A stretch of 64,000 nt of DNA from Flavobacteriales bacterium (GTDB lineage: Bacteria > Bacteroidota > Bacteroidia > Flavobacteriales > BACL11). The notes below the pieces were generated by a model. That model saw only the letters and a program-made list of their open reading frames with translations. It was not told the origin of the DNA and searched no databases. This document shows, piece after piece, positions 28,790 through 40,169 of the stretch. Position numbers and translations under genes: made by a program. The DNA lies in the NCBI GenBank assembly GCA_018647945.1, contig JABGSE010000034.1, positions 3,380 through 67,379 of the forward strand, read 5' to 3'. Numbering within the stretch: position 1 is the first letter of the stretch; the number at the start of each line of letters is the position of its first letter.

Positions 28790-31723
28790 ATGAAATTAAA
28801 ACAAATTTTAACAATTGTATTAATAGTAGCTTCAGTTATTTACTTTACAATTAACTCAATAAAAAACGAAATGAATAAAATAGAAAATAATTATGAAACC
28901 GCTGAAAACGATCCGTTAAATACAAGGATTTATACTTTGGAAAATGGGTTGACGGTTTATTTGTCGGAGTATAAAGATGCTCCAAGAATTAAAACAAATA
29001 TTGCGGTAAGAGCGGGAAGTAAAAATGATCCTTCAGATGCGACAGGGCTTGCACATTATTTGGAGCACATGCTTTTTAAAGGAACAGATGTTTATGGAAG
29101 TTTGGATTATGAAAAAGAAAAACCATTGTTGGATAAAATTGAAGCTTTGTATGAAGAGTATCGTTCTTTTGAAATGACAGATACTTTAAACAGAGAGAGG
29201 ATTTGGTCACAAATTGATTCTGTTTCTGGAGAAGCAGCGAAATTTGCAATAGCAAATGAGTACGACAAAATGGTAAGTGGAATTGGAGCAAAGGGAACAA
29301 ATGCTTATACATCAAATGAAAAAACAGTGTATGTAAACGACATTCCTTCCAATCAAATAGAAAAATGGTTACAATTGGAAGCTGAAAGATTTAGAAACCC
29401 TATTTTCAGATTATTCCATACAGAATTAGAGGCTGTATATGAAGAGAAAAATAGAGGTTTAGATAGTGATGGAAGAAAAATGTTTGAGGCATTAATGTCC
29501 GGATTATTTCAGAAGCACCAATACGGAACTCAAACTACAATTGGAACAATTGAACATTTAAAAAACCCTTCACTTACAGAAATAAGAAAGTATTTTAACA
29601 AATATTATGTACCAAATAATATGGCACTTTGTCTTTCAGGGGATTTTGATTCGGATGAAGTAATCAAGTTAATAGAAAAATATTGGGGAGATTTTGAAAG
29701 AAAAGATAATCCTGATTTTGAGGTGTTAACAGAAGATGAAATTTTGGAGCCAAGAGTTTCAGAAGTTTGGGGCCCAGAAGCGGAAAGATTATATTTAGGT
29801 TTCCGTTTACCAGGAGCAAATACAGAGGAATCTTTAATGTTAACTATGATGGATATGGTGTTGAGTAATAATACGGCAGGGCTGATTGATTTGAATTTAA
29901 ATCAGAAACAAAAATTAATGGGTGGAGGAAGTTTTCCTTATGTATTAAAGGATTATTCTGTTCATGGTTTTTATGGAGCTCCAATAGAAGGACAATTGTT
30001 AGAAGAGGTAAAGGACTTATTGCTTGCAGAAATTGAAAATGTAAAAAATGGAAATTTCCCAGATTGGCTGATTGAAGCAATTATTTCGGATTTGAAATTA
30101 GAACAAATTAAAAAATATGAAAGCAATGCTGGAAGAGCTGATGAGTTTGTAGATGCTTTTATTTTGGATATATCGTGGAAAGACCATCAATCAGAATTGG
30201 AAAGAATTTCGTCTATTACAAAACAAGATGTAATGGATTTTGCTAAAACGAACTATTCTGATAATTACACAGCGGTTTACAAAAGAACGGGAGAAGATAA
30301 ATCGGTACTTAAAGTTACAAAGCCAGCTATTACTCCAGTATCGGTAAACAGAAAAGATCAATCTGAGTTTTTGGTAAAATTGTTAGATAAAAAAGTTTCA
30401 AATATTGATCCAGTTTTCTTGGATTTTGAAAATGATATTAAAACTACATTTGTAAATGAAGTAGAGATATTTTACAAAGAAAATACTGAAAACGAAAGAT
30501 TTAAATTAAACTATATTTTGGACATGGGAAAAAGCCACAACAACAAAATTGGTTTGGCTGTTAGTTATCTGAAATATTTAGGGACTGAAAATATGTCTCC
30601 AAATCAGAAACAAGAAGAATTCTATAAGTTAGGATGTGATCTTTCCGTTAATTCTTCTTCCGAAAAGGTTCAAGTTACTTTAAGTGGATTGTCAGTTAAT
30701 TTTGAAGAGTCAGTTAAATTGTTTGAAGATATTTTAGCAAATGCAGTTGCAGATGAAGAAGCTCTGGAAAGTTTGAAACAAAGTATAATAAAACAAAGAA
30801 ATGACAATAAAAAGAACAAGCAAGTTATCTTGTTTTCCGCTATGAGAAGCTTTGCGAAATATGGAGCTACTTCTGCATTTACTAATTTACTTTCTCAAGA
30901 AGAATTAAATAATGTTTCTTCTGATGAATTGTTGGATGTCATTCATAATTTAACAAGTTACAAACATAGAGTGTTGTATTATGGTCCGTATACTTTAGAG
31001 GAAGTATCTACTTCAATTTCAGAGTTACACAGAAATACAGAAAACTTAAAAGACATCCCTGAAGGATTGAATTTTGAGGAGTTAGAAACGAATAATACAA
31101 CTGTATATATTGTGGATTACGACATGAAACAGGCAGAGGTAATGTTTCTTTCAAAAGGTAATGATTTAAATATTTCTGAAATTCCATTAATCAAATTTCA
31201 TAATGAATATTTTGGTGGAGGAATGAGTTCAATTGTTTTCCAAGAAATGAGAGAATCCAAAGCTTTGGCTTATTCGGTTTACAGTACTTATACTATTCCT
31301 TCAAAGTTGGATGATGCTCATTATTTAATGAGTTATGTAGGAACTCAATCCGATAAATTGATTGATGCTATGGACGGAATGTTGGAACTTTTATCAATTA
31401 TGCCAGTTGCGGAAACAAATATGGAAAACGCTAGAGAGGGAATCGTTCAGAAAATAAGAACAGAAAGATTGACAAAATCTCAAGTGCTTTCAGAATTTGA
31501 AAAAGCAAATAAAATGGGAATTGACTACGATATCCGAAAAGATTTGTATTCTCAAGTTCAGGATTTTACAATGAACGATTTGCAAAACTTTCACCAATCT
31601 CATATAAATACTGAAAATAAAGTAATTATGATTTTGGGAAGTAAGGATGAGTTGGATTTAGAATCCATTAAAAAATATGGTGAAATAAAATTCCTTTCCT
31701 TAGAGGAGGTATTTGGTTACTAA
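28790..31723 (+). CDS. M16-family (insulinase/pitrilysin-like) zinc metallopeptidase, double-length form
   Basis: N-terminal anchor or signal sequence and the inverted zinc motif HYLEHMLFKG (HxxEH). 977 aa. Confidence 0.85.
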   Translation: MKLKQILTIVLIVASVIYFTINSIKNEMNKIENNYETAENDPLNTRIYTLENGLTVYLSEYKDAPRIKTNIAVRAGSKNDPSDATGLAHYLEHMLFKGTDVYGSLDYEKEKPLLDKIEALYEEYRSFEMTDTLNRERIWSQIDSVSGEAAKFAIANEYDKMVSGIGAKGTNAYTSNEKTVYVNDIPSNQIEKWLQLEAERFRNPIFRLFHTELEAVYEEKNRGLDSDGRKMFEALMSGLFQKHQYGTQTTIGTIEHLKNPSLTEIRKYFNKYYVPNNMALCLSGDFDSDEVIKLIEKYWGDFERKDNPDFEVLTEDEILEPRVSEVWGPEAERLYLGFRLPGANTEESLMLTMMDMVLSNNTAGLIDLNLNQKQKLMGGGSFPYVLKDYSVHGFYGAPIEGQLLEEVKDLLLAEIENVKNGNFPDWLIEAIISDLKLEQIKKYESNAGRADEFVDAFILDISWKDHQSELERISSITKQDVMDFAKTNYSDNYTAVYKRTGEDKSVLKVTKPAITPVSVNRKDQSEFLVKLLDKKVSNIDPVFLDFENDIKTTFVNEVEIFYKENTENERFKLNYILDMGKSHNNKIGLAVSYLKYLGTENMSPNQKQEEFYKLGCDLSVNSSSEKVQVTLSGLSVNFEESVKLFEDILANAVADEEALESLKQSIIKQRNDNKKNKQVILFSAMRSFAKYGATSAFTNLLSQEELNNVSSDELLDVIHNLTSYKHRVLYYGPYTLEEVSTSISELHRNTENLKDIPEGLNFEELETNNTTVYIVDYDMKQAEVMFLSKGNDLNISEIPLIKFHNEYFGGGMSSIVFQEMRESKALAYSVYSTYTIPSKLDDAHYLMSYVGTQSDKLIDAMDGMLELLSIMPVAETNMENAREGIVQKIRTERLTKSQVLSEFEKANKMGIDYDIRKDLYSQVQDFTMNDLQNFHQSHINTENKVIMILGSKDELDLESIKKYGEIKFLSLEEVFGY

Positions 31724-31756
31724 TTAATAGTATTACAAACCCAAAAATAAGATTAA

Positions 31757-33994
<2,238 letters not shown>

Positions 33995-34069
33995 TCAATA
34001 GTTTTTAGTTAAATTCGACCATTTACTTTATAGGTGTCGAAAAATTTTCCAATATAGGTATTCCCTCTT

Positions 34070-34843
34070 TTATTCTCCTTTAAAATGTTTGTTCAAAAAA
34101 CTTTCCATGTATTTGTCCGAGCAACGTCTTTTTATTTTCCCTCTGTAGGTCATGGAAATTGTGCCGGTTTGTTCAGAAACCAACACAGAAATAGCATCCG
34201 AATTTTCTGATATTCCAACGGCAGCTCTATGTCTCATTCCCAATTCTCCCGGAAAATCATCATCATTGGTAATGGGTAAAATACATCTGGCAGCAATAAT
34301 TTTATTGTTTTTTATGATTACAGCTCCGTCATGTAGTGGTGAGTTTTTGTAAAAAATACTATCCAAAAGTGGAACAGTGATTTCAGCATTTATCTGAACT
34401 CCATTTTCAATGTATTCATCTAATTCATCATCTTTAGCAATTACAATTATAGCTCCTGTTTTACTTTTTGAAAAAATAGCACTACTTTTTAAAATAGCAG
34501 TAACATTTAGCCGGTCTTCATTTTCCTTAAACATTACTTTAAAGATTCCTTTAGTTTTAATGACTCTTCCTTTTCCTATCAGAATCAGAAAATTTCTTAT
34601 TTCTTTTTGGAATACAATTACAAGGATCAATACTCCTATCCCCATAAACTGCCCTATTATTACTGAAAGAAATTTTAATTCTAACCATTTGACTAATATC
34701 CAAATTAGATAGATGGAGGCAATCCCCAAAAAGATATTTATTGCAACTGTTCCTTTTATCAATTTATAAAGTTGGAAAAATAAAAACCCCACTAATAAAA
34801 GGTCAATTACTAATATGAAAGAAAAATTTTCAAATATTTCCAT
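34070..34843 (-). CDS. cdaA: Diadenylate cyclase (c-di-AMP synthase), membrane-anchored
   Basis: Three N-terminal TM helices, then DisA_N motifs DGAVII and GMRHRAA. Confidence 0.9.
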   Translation of the reverse strand: MEIFENFSFILVIDLLLVGFLFFQLYKLIKGTVAINIFLGIASIYLIWILVKWLELKFLSVIIGQFMGIGVLILVIVFQKEIRNFLILIGKGRVIKTKGIFKVMFKENEDRLNVTAILKSSAIFSKSKTGAIIVIAKDDELDEYIENGVQINAEITVPLLDSIFYKNSPLHDGAVIIKNNKIIAARCILPITNDDDFPGELGMRHRAAVGISENSDAISVLVSEQTGTISMTYRGKIKRRCSDKYMESFLNKHFKGE

Positions 34844-35675
34844 TAAAATTATTTTTTACAAAATTAACAATTTTTATACATTCCATAGCTTCTTTTACAT
34901 CATGAGTTCGGATAATGTTTATTCCTTTTTGTAGAGCTATAGTGTGCGCTACTGTTGTTCCGTTAAGTGCATTTTCAGCGTTTGTTTCTAGTAAATTGTA
35001 TATCATTGATTTTCTACTTGCTCCTATCAAAAGAGGAACTCCAAGTTGTGTAAATTTCTCCAGATGATTTAAGAGTTGGTAATTGTGTTTAATAGTTTTT
35101 CCAAATCCAAAACCAGGATCAATAATAATGTCAGTTACTCCCAATTGTTTTAGTTCATTTACTTTTTTCTCTAAATAAGAAAATACTTCTTCTGTTACAT
35201 TGTTGTATTTCGGATTATTTTGCATCATTTTTGGAGTCCCTTTCATGTGCATAATAATGTAAGGAACTTTTAATTTCGCAATAGTTGCAAACATTTCTTC
35301 ATCCATTTCCCCTGCAGAAATATCATTGATAATATCTGCTCCTGAGTTGATGCATTTCTCCGCTACTTTTGATCTGTAAGTGTCAATAGATATAATAATT
35401 TCCGGAAAATTTTGTTTTAAAAGATGTATAGTTGATACTAATTTTTCAGTTTCTTCTTTTTCAGATATTGGTTCAGAATCTGGTTTTGAGCTCTGAGCTC
35501 CAAGGTCAATAATAGAAGCTCCTTCCTCCAACATTTTTTTTGTGTGTGAAAGGATTTTTTCTTCAGAATTATACTGTCCTCCATCATAAAAAGAGTTGTC
35601 TGTAATGTTGAGTATTCCCATTACAATTGATGTTAATAAGTCTATTTTTTTCTTTTTTGTGTGTATTTTTCTCAT
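34830..35675 (-). CDS. folP: Dihydropteroate synthase
   Basis: Pterin-binding motif MGILNITDNSFYDGG plus DIINDIS and GASRKS. Its 3' end overlaps the cdaA start by 14 nt. Confidence 0.92.
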   Translation of the reverse strand: MRKIHTKKKKIDLLTSIVMGILNITDNSFYDGGQYNSEEKILSHTKKMLEEGASIIDLGAQSSKPDSEPISEKEETEKLVSTIHLLKQNFPEIIISIDTYRSKVAEKCINSGADIINDISAGEMDEEMFATIAKLKVPYIIMHMKGTPKMMQNNPKYNNVTEEVFSYLEKKVNELKQLGVTDIIIDPGFGFGKTIKHNYQLLNHLEKFTQLGVPLLIGASRKSMIYNLLETNAENALNGTTVAHTIALQKGINIIRTHDVKEAMECIKIVNFVKNNFNGNI

Positions 35676-35719
35676 TCGTAAAAAGGTGTATATTTAGCCT
35701 TTATAATTTAAATATTTTT

Positions 35720-36256
35720 ATGGAACAAACAATTGCCGAATTCGATTCAATAATAAAGAAATGTGAGGACATTTTTGCTAAAAAAATGAAAGATTATGGA
35801 TCTGCTTGGAGAATTTTAAGAATCAGTTCATTAACAGATCAGATTTTTATCAAAGCTCAACGCATTAGAAGTATTGAAGATAAAGGATTACAGAAAGTGG
35901 ACGAGGGAGTTATTCCTGAATTTATTGGTATTGTAAATTATTCTATAATTGGACTGATTCAATTGGAATTGGGTGTTTCTGAACAGGCAGAAGAAATACA
36001 ATATGATCAAGTAATGAATTTATTTGATAAGTATGCTCTTGAAGCAAAGAAATTGATGTTGGATAAAAATCATGATTATGGAGAAGCTTGGAGAGATATG
36101 AGAGGTAGCTCCTTGACAGATTTAATCTTACAAAAATTATTAAGAGTAAAACAAATTGAGGACAATGACCGTTCTACATTGATTTCCGAAGGAATTGATG
36201 CGAATTATTTAGATATGTTAAATTATGCAGTATTTGCACTAATAAAACTAAACTAA
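35720..36256 (+). CDS. DUF1599-like protein with two internal repeats
   Basis: I prefer the ATG at 35720 (MEQTIAEF...). The track's 35627 start adds a hydrophobic extension that overlaps folP. Two repeats are visible: KDYGSAWRILRISSLTDQIFIKAQRIRSIED and HDYGEAWRDMRGSSLTDLILQKLLRVKQIED. Confidence 0.75.
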   Translation: MEQTIAEFDSIIKKCEDIFAKKMKDYGSAWRILRISSLTDQIFIKAQRIRSIEDKGLQKVDEGVIPEFIGIVNYSIIGLIQLELGVSEQAEEIQYDQVMNLFDKYALEAKKLMLDKNHDYGEAWRDMRGSSLTDLILQKLLRVKQIEDNDRSTLISEGIDANYLDMLNYAVFALIKLN

Positions 36257-36267
36257 AACTTAAAAAA

Positions 36268-37488
36268 ATGAAAAAATTAATTAGGTATTTATTAAATATA
36301 ACTTTGTTCATTATTGCTCTCTTCATAATCTTTTCTATTATAGTTATCACGGAAGGATATATGAGTTATGGTAGTTTTGAACCTTCTGGCCATAAAGTAT
36401 TTAATATGATTGCACTTATTATTTCTTTGATTTTCTCCTTGATAATTATCAAAAATATTAATAATTCTAAATTATGGGTTAACCTCTTCAAACATAAAAC
36501 TCTAGATATAGAAAGCAAGTTAAATGATCTTTTTGCTTCTTTTAAAGAAATTCCTAACGAACAAAAAATAGTATTTGCTTTAAGAGTATTAATTTCAGGA
36601 CTATTTCTATTATCTGCATTTGCAAAATTGTACCCAACTCCAATGTATGGAATTACAAAGGTTTTTGAAGAAGGACAGCTTATTCCTATGGGGTTTTCTG
36701 AAAATATAGCTCCTTATTTTTCTAGGTTAATTATTGGAGCAGAACTATTTTTAGCAATAACAATATTATTTAATAATTATCTAAAAAAACTGATACTTCC
36801 TCTTTCAATCTTAATGATATCTATGTTTAGTATTCATCTTATTTCTCAATTATTTGGAAACTCTGAAAATTGTGGATGTTTTGGAGATTTAATTCCTATG
36901 ACTCCTTTAGAAGCTCTTATAAAAAATATTGTGACTTTAATTATTTTAGCTTTTATTTATAAGAGTTCAGAAGATATTATAGGTAAGATGTCAAATTTAT
37001 TGATTCTATTTTTGTCAATTTCTACTATTATGTTTGCTTGGTTACCAGTTTCTTCACAAAGTAAATCAGCAGGAAGTAGTTTTATTACCTATGTAGAAAA
37101 TGAGGAGTTTGTAAATCTTGAAGAAGAAAAAATACTTTGCTTTTTTGATGCTGGTTGCGAACACTGTCAACACGCTGCAAGGAGTTTAGATTCTCTTTCT
37201 AATCTTTCAGAAAACTTTCCTTTAGTTCATATTATTTTTTCTGATACAGAAGAAGATAAAATACCAGATTTTTTTGAAGTTGCAGGAAAGGAATACAATC
37301 ATCAAATTATGCCATTTGCAAACTATGATACGGATGAAATAGATAGTTATATGGAGATAACTTTTCCAGACTATGACAATCCTGTAGTTATTTATTATAA
37401 AGGAAATAAACAAATTAGATTGTATGATGGTACTGGAAATAATAAATTTAATCCTGAAGATTTAAAAATAATTTTAGAAAATAGATAA
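36268..37488 (+). CDS. Polytopic membrane protein: DoxX/MauE-like core fused to a C-terminal thioredoxin-like domain
   Basis: Several TM helices with the CGCFGD motif. The soluble C-terminal domain has CEHC (CxxC) after FFDAG. Confidence 0.6.
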   Translation: MKKLIRYLLNITLFIIALFIIFSIIVITEGYMSYGSFEPSGHKVFNMIALIISLIFSLIIIKNINNSKLWVNLFKHKTLDIESKLNDLFASFKEIPNEQKIVFALRVLISGLFLLSAFAKLYPTPMYGITKVFEEGQLIPMGFSENIAPYFSRLIIGAELFLAITILFNNYLKKLILPLSILMISMFSIHLISQLFGNSENCGCFGDLIPMTPLEALIKNIVTLIILAFIYKSSEDIIGKMSNLLILFLSISTIMFAWLPVSSQSKSAGSSFITYVENEEFVNLEEEKILCFFDAGCEHCQHAARSLDSLSNLSENFPLVHIIFSDTEEDKIPDFFEVAGKEYNHQIMPFANYDTDEIDSYMEITFPDYDNPVVIYYKGNKQIRLYDGTGNNKFNPEDLKIILENR

Positions 37489-37496
37489 ATTATCTT

Positions 37497-38576
37497 GTGA
37501 GTAAATACATAATAAAAAAAATATTTTACGGATTACTTGTTTTATGGGGTGTCCTAAGTGTTGTATTTTTTTTATTTAATGTAATGTCGGGAGACCCTGC
37601 CAGAATGATGCTTTCACAAAGAGAAGATTCTAAACAATTAGAAATAATAAAACAAAAATATGGTTTTGACAAACCACTTTCCGATCAATATTTTCTATAC
37701 TTAAATGATGTCTCTCCTATCTCTTTTCATGAGAATAAAGATGCTGATAGTTATACTTTTTTAGGTAGTAAAAAATATAGTTATTATTCTCTTTTATCAA
37801 TTGGGAGTACTTCACTGGTAATTAAGAAGCCATACCTAAGAGAATCATTTGTTAAAAGAGGAAAAACCGTAAATTCTGTTATTTCTGAAACCTTTCCGAT
37901 AACAATAGTTTTGGCTGTAAGTGCTATGTTATTTGCTGTTGTTTTAGGAATAATATTTGGGGTAATATCAGCCATTTATAAAAATAGTTTTTGGGACAGG
38001 ATTATTTTGTTTGTTTCTGTTTTGGGAATGTCCTTACCTTCTTTCTTTTCTTCAATCTTGGTAGCCTGGTTTTTTGCCTTTTTATTGCATGATTACACAG
38101 GTCTTTCCATGACGGGAAGCTTGTATGAGGTTGATGATTATGGTAGGGGACAATACTTGAATTTAAAGAATTTAATTCTGCCTGCTTTTACTTTAGGAAT
38201 CCGTCCACTTTCGGTTATTATTCAGCTTACACGGAATTCTTTATTGGAAGTACTTTCCATGGATTATGTAAGGACCGCAACGGCAAAAGGATTGAGTAAA
38301 TTTGTTGTGATTTTCAAACATGCAATCAGAAATGCATTAAATCCTGTGGTTACAGTTGTTTCGGGTTGGTTTGCTTCACTTCTAGCTGGAGCGGTATTTG
38401 TAGAATATATTTTTGGATGGAACGGAATAGGAAAAGAAATTGTAGATGCATTAAATAATTTAGATATGCCGGTTGTAATGGGTTCCGTTTTACTTATTGC
38501 ATCCGTTTTTGTAGTTATTAATATTGTGGTGGATATTTTATATGCTATTATTGATCCACGAATAAGATTAAATTAA
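37497..38576 (+). CDS. ABC transporter permease (DppB/OppB-like)
   Basis: GTG start. Has the typical N-terminus SKYIIKKIFYGLLVLWGV and the EAA-type loop DYVRTATAKGLS. Confidence 0.8.
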   Translation: MSKYIIKKIFYGLLVLWGVLSVVFFLFNVMSGDPARMMLSQREDSKQLEIIKQKYGFDKPLSDQYFLYLNDVSPISFHENKDADSYTFLGSKKYSYYSLLSIGSTSLVIKKPYLRESFVKRGKTVNSVISETFPITIVLAVSAMLFAVVLGIIFGVISAIYKNSFWDRIILFVSVLGMSLPSFFSSILVAWFFAFLLHDYTGLSMTGSLYEVDDYGRGQYLNLKNLILPAFTLGIRPLSVIIQLTRNSLLEVLSMDYVRTATAKGLSKFVVIFKHAIRNALNPVVTVVSGWFASLLAGAVFVEYIFGWNGIGKEIVDALNNLDMPVVMGSVLLIASVFVVINIVVDILYAIIDPRIRLN

Positions 38577-38586
38577 ATAAAATAAA

Positions 38587-39342
38587 ATGAGAAAAAATAT
38601 AGTTGCAGGAAATTGGAAAATGAACCTGAATAGAAATGAAGGAATTAAATTGGTAGAAGATGTATTGAACCTTTTATCTTCTAATTCTACATCAGAAGTC
38701 GTATTTTCTCCTTCATTTGTTCATTTGTATAAAGTGAATAAAATGTGTAAAAGTATTGAGGGAGTGTCATCTTCTGCACAAAATTGTAGTGCGTCCGAAA
38801 AGGGAACTTTTACAGGGGAAGTTTCTGCTGAAATGATAAAATCATTGGGAGTAGAGTATGTGATTTTAGGTCATTCCGAAAGAAGAGAAAATTTTATGGA
38901 AACTAATAATGAGTTAAAACAAAAAGTAGATATTTCTCTGAAAAATGGACTGAAAGTTATTTTTTGTTGTGGAGAGTCATTGAGTCAAAGAAAGAATGAA
39001 GTTCATTTTGATTGTATTAAAAATCAGATTGAAGAAAGCTTATTTCATCTTAATGAAACAGAATTTGAAAATATTATAATTGCTTACGAACCAATTTGGG
39101 CAATCGGAACTGGAGTGACAGCATCTACAGATCAAGCTCAGGAAATGCATCAGTTTATTAGGGATCTTATTTCAGAAAAATACAATAATGAAATTTCTGA
39201 AAACACTTCTATTTTGTATGGAGGAAGTTGTAAACCATCAAATGCAAAAGAACTTTTTTCTCAAAAAGATATTGATGGTGGATTGATTGGAGGGGCTTCA
39301 CTAAATGCTCAGGATTTTGCACAAATAATTAATTCTTTTTAA
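38587..39342 (+). CDS. tpiA: Triose-phosphate isomerase
   Basis: Motifs AGNWKMN, ILGHSERR and AYEPIWAIGTG. Confidence 0.95.
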   Translation: MRKNIVAGNWKMNLNRNEGIKLVEDVLNLLSSNSTSEVVFSPSFVHLYKVNKMCKSIEGVSSSAQNCSASEKGTFTGEVSAEMIKSLGVEYVILGHSERRENFMETNNELKQKVDISLKNGLKVIFCCGESLSQRKNEVHFDCIKNQIEESLFHLNETEFENIIIAYEPIWAIGTGVTASTDQAQEMHQFIRDLISEKYNNEISENTSILYGGSCKPSNAKELFSQKDIDGGLIGGASLNAQDFAQIINSF

Positions 39343-39344
39343 AG

Positions 39345-40169
39345 ATGAACTACATTGAATTATCATTTACACTTTCTGAGAAAAATCCTTTTTCTGATAT
39401 CATTATTGCAAAATTGAACGAAATAGAATTTGAAAGTTATATAGAATCAGAAAAGGGAGTAGATGCGTATATTCAGAAGGATTTTTATAACAAACAAAAA
39501 GTTGAAAGTGTAATTTTGGATTTGAAATCTCTTTTTGCTTTTGATTATTCTGTAAAAGAAATTGAACAAGAGAATTGGAATTCTCAATGGGAAGAGAATT
39601 TTCATCCTGTATTAATTAATAAGGATTGTGCAATTAGAGCTCATTTTCATGAACCGATTGATTGTAAATATGAAATTATTATTACACCAAAAATGTCTTT
39701 CGGAACAGGGCACCATGAAACTACATTCATGATGATGAACGAGATGTTTGAGATAGAATTTGAAAATAAATCTGTTTTGGATATGGGCTGCGGAACAGGG
39801 GTTTTGGCAATTTTGGCAAATAAATTGGGTTCTTCTAAAATTATTGCGATTGATATTGATGAGTGGTCATTTGAAAACTCAAAAGAAAACGCCAAATTAA
39901 ATTCCTCTGAAAATATTGAATTTATTTTGGGTAATGTTTCAAAGATAAACGTTGAGTTTGATGTTATACTATCCAATATTAATCGGAACATTATTCTGCA
40001 AGATATTCCGAGATATGTTGATTATTTATTAACTAATGGAAATCTTTTATTAAGTGGTTTTCTCAATGAAGATGTGGAATTAATAAGAAGTGAAGTTGAG
40101 AAATTAGGATTACAATTTGTTTCTCATAAAAATAAAAATAAGTGGAATTTATTACATTTTAAAAAATGA
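39345..40169 (+). CDS. prmA: Ribosomal protein L11 methyltransferase
   Basis: FGTGHHETT motif and SAM-binding DMGCGTGVLAI. Confidence 0.9.
   Translation: MNYIELSFTLSEKNPFSDIIIAKLNEIEFESYIESEKGVDAYIQKDFYNKQKVESVILDLKSLFAFDYSVKEIEQENWNSQWEENFHPVLINKDCAIRAHFHEPIDCKYEIIITPKMSFGTGHHETTFMMMNEMFEIEFENKSVLDMGCGTGVLAILANKLGSSKIIAIDIDEWSFENSKENAKLNSSENIEFILGNVSKINVEFDVILSNINRNIILQDIPRYVDYLLTNGNLLLSGFLNEDVELIRSEVEKLGLQFVSHKNKNKWNLLHFKK

Noticed and set aside
34013-34040. Possible terminator hairpin after icd (TTCGAC...GTCGAA)
   Set aside because: It has only a 6-bp stem with a 17-nt loop and a weak, interrupted T tract, so it is not convincing.
35627-35719. Longer 209-aa model for the DUF1599-like gene starting at 35627
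   Set aside because: The extra 31 residues are hydrophobic junk-like sequence (MMLISLFFSFLCVFFSF...), overlap the folP 5' end on the opposite strand, and lie outside the two-repeat domain. The ATG at 35720 is preferred.
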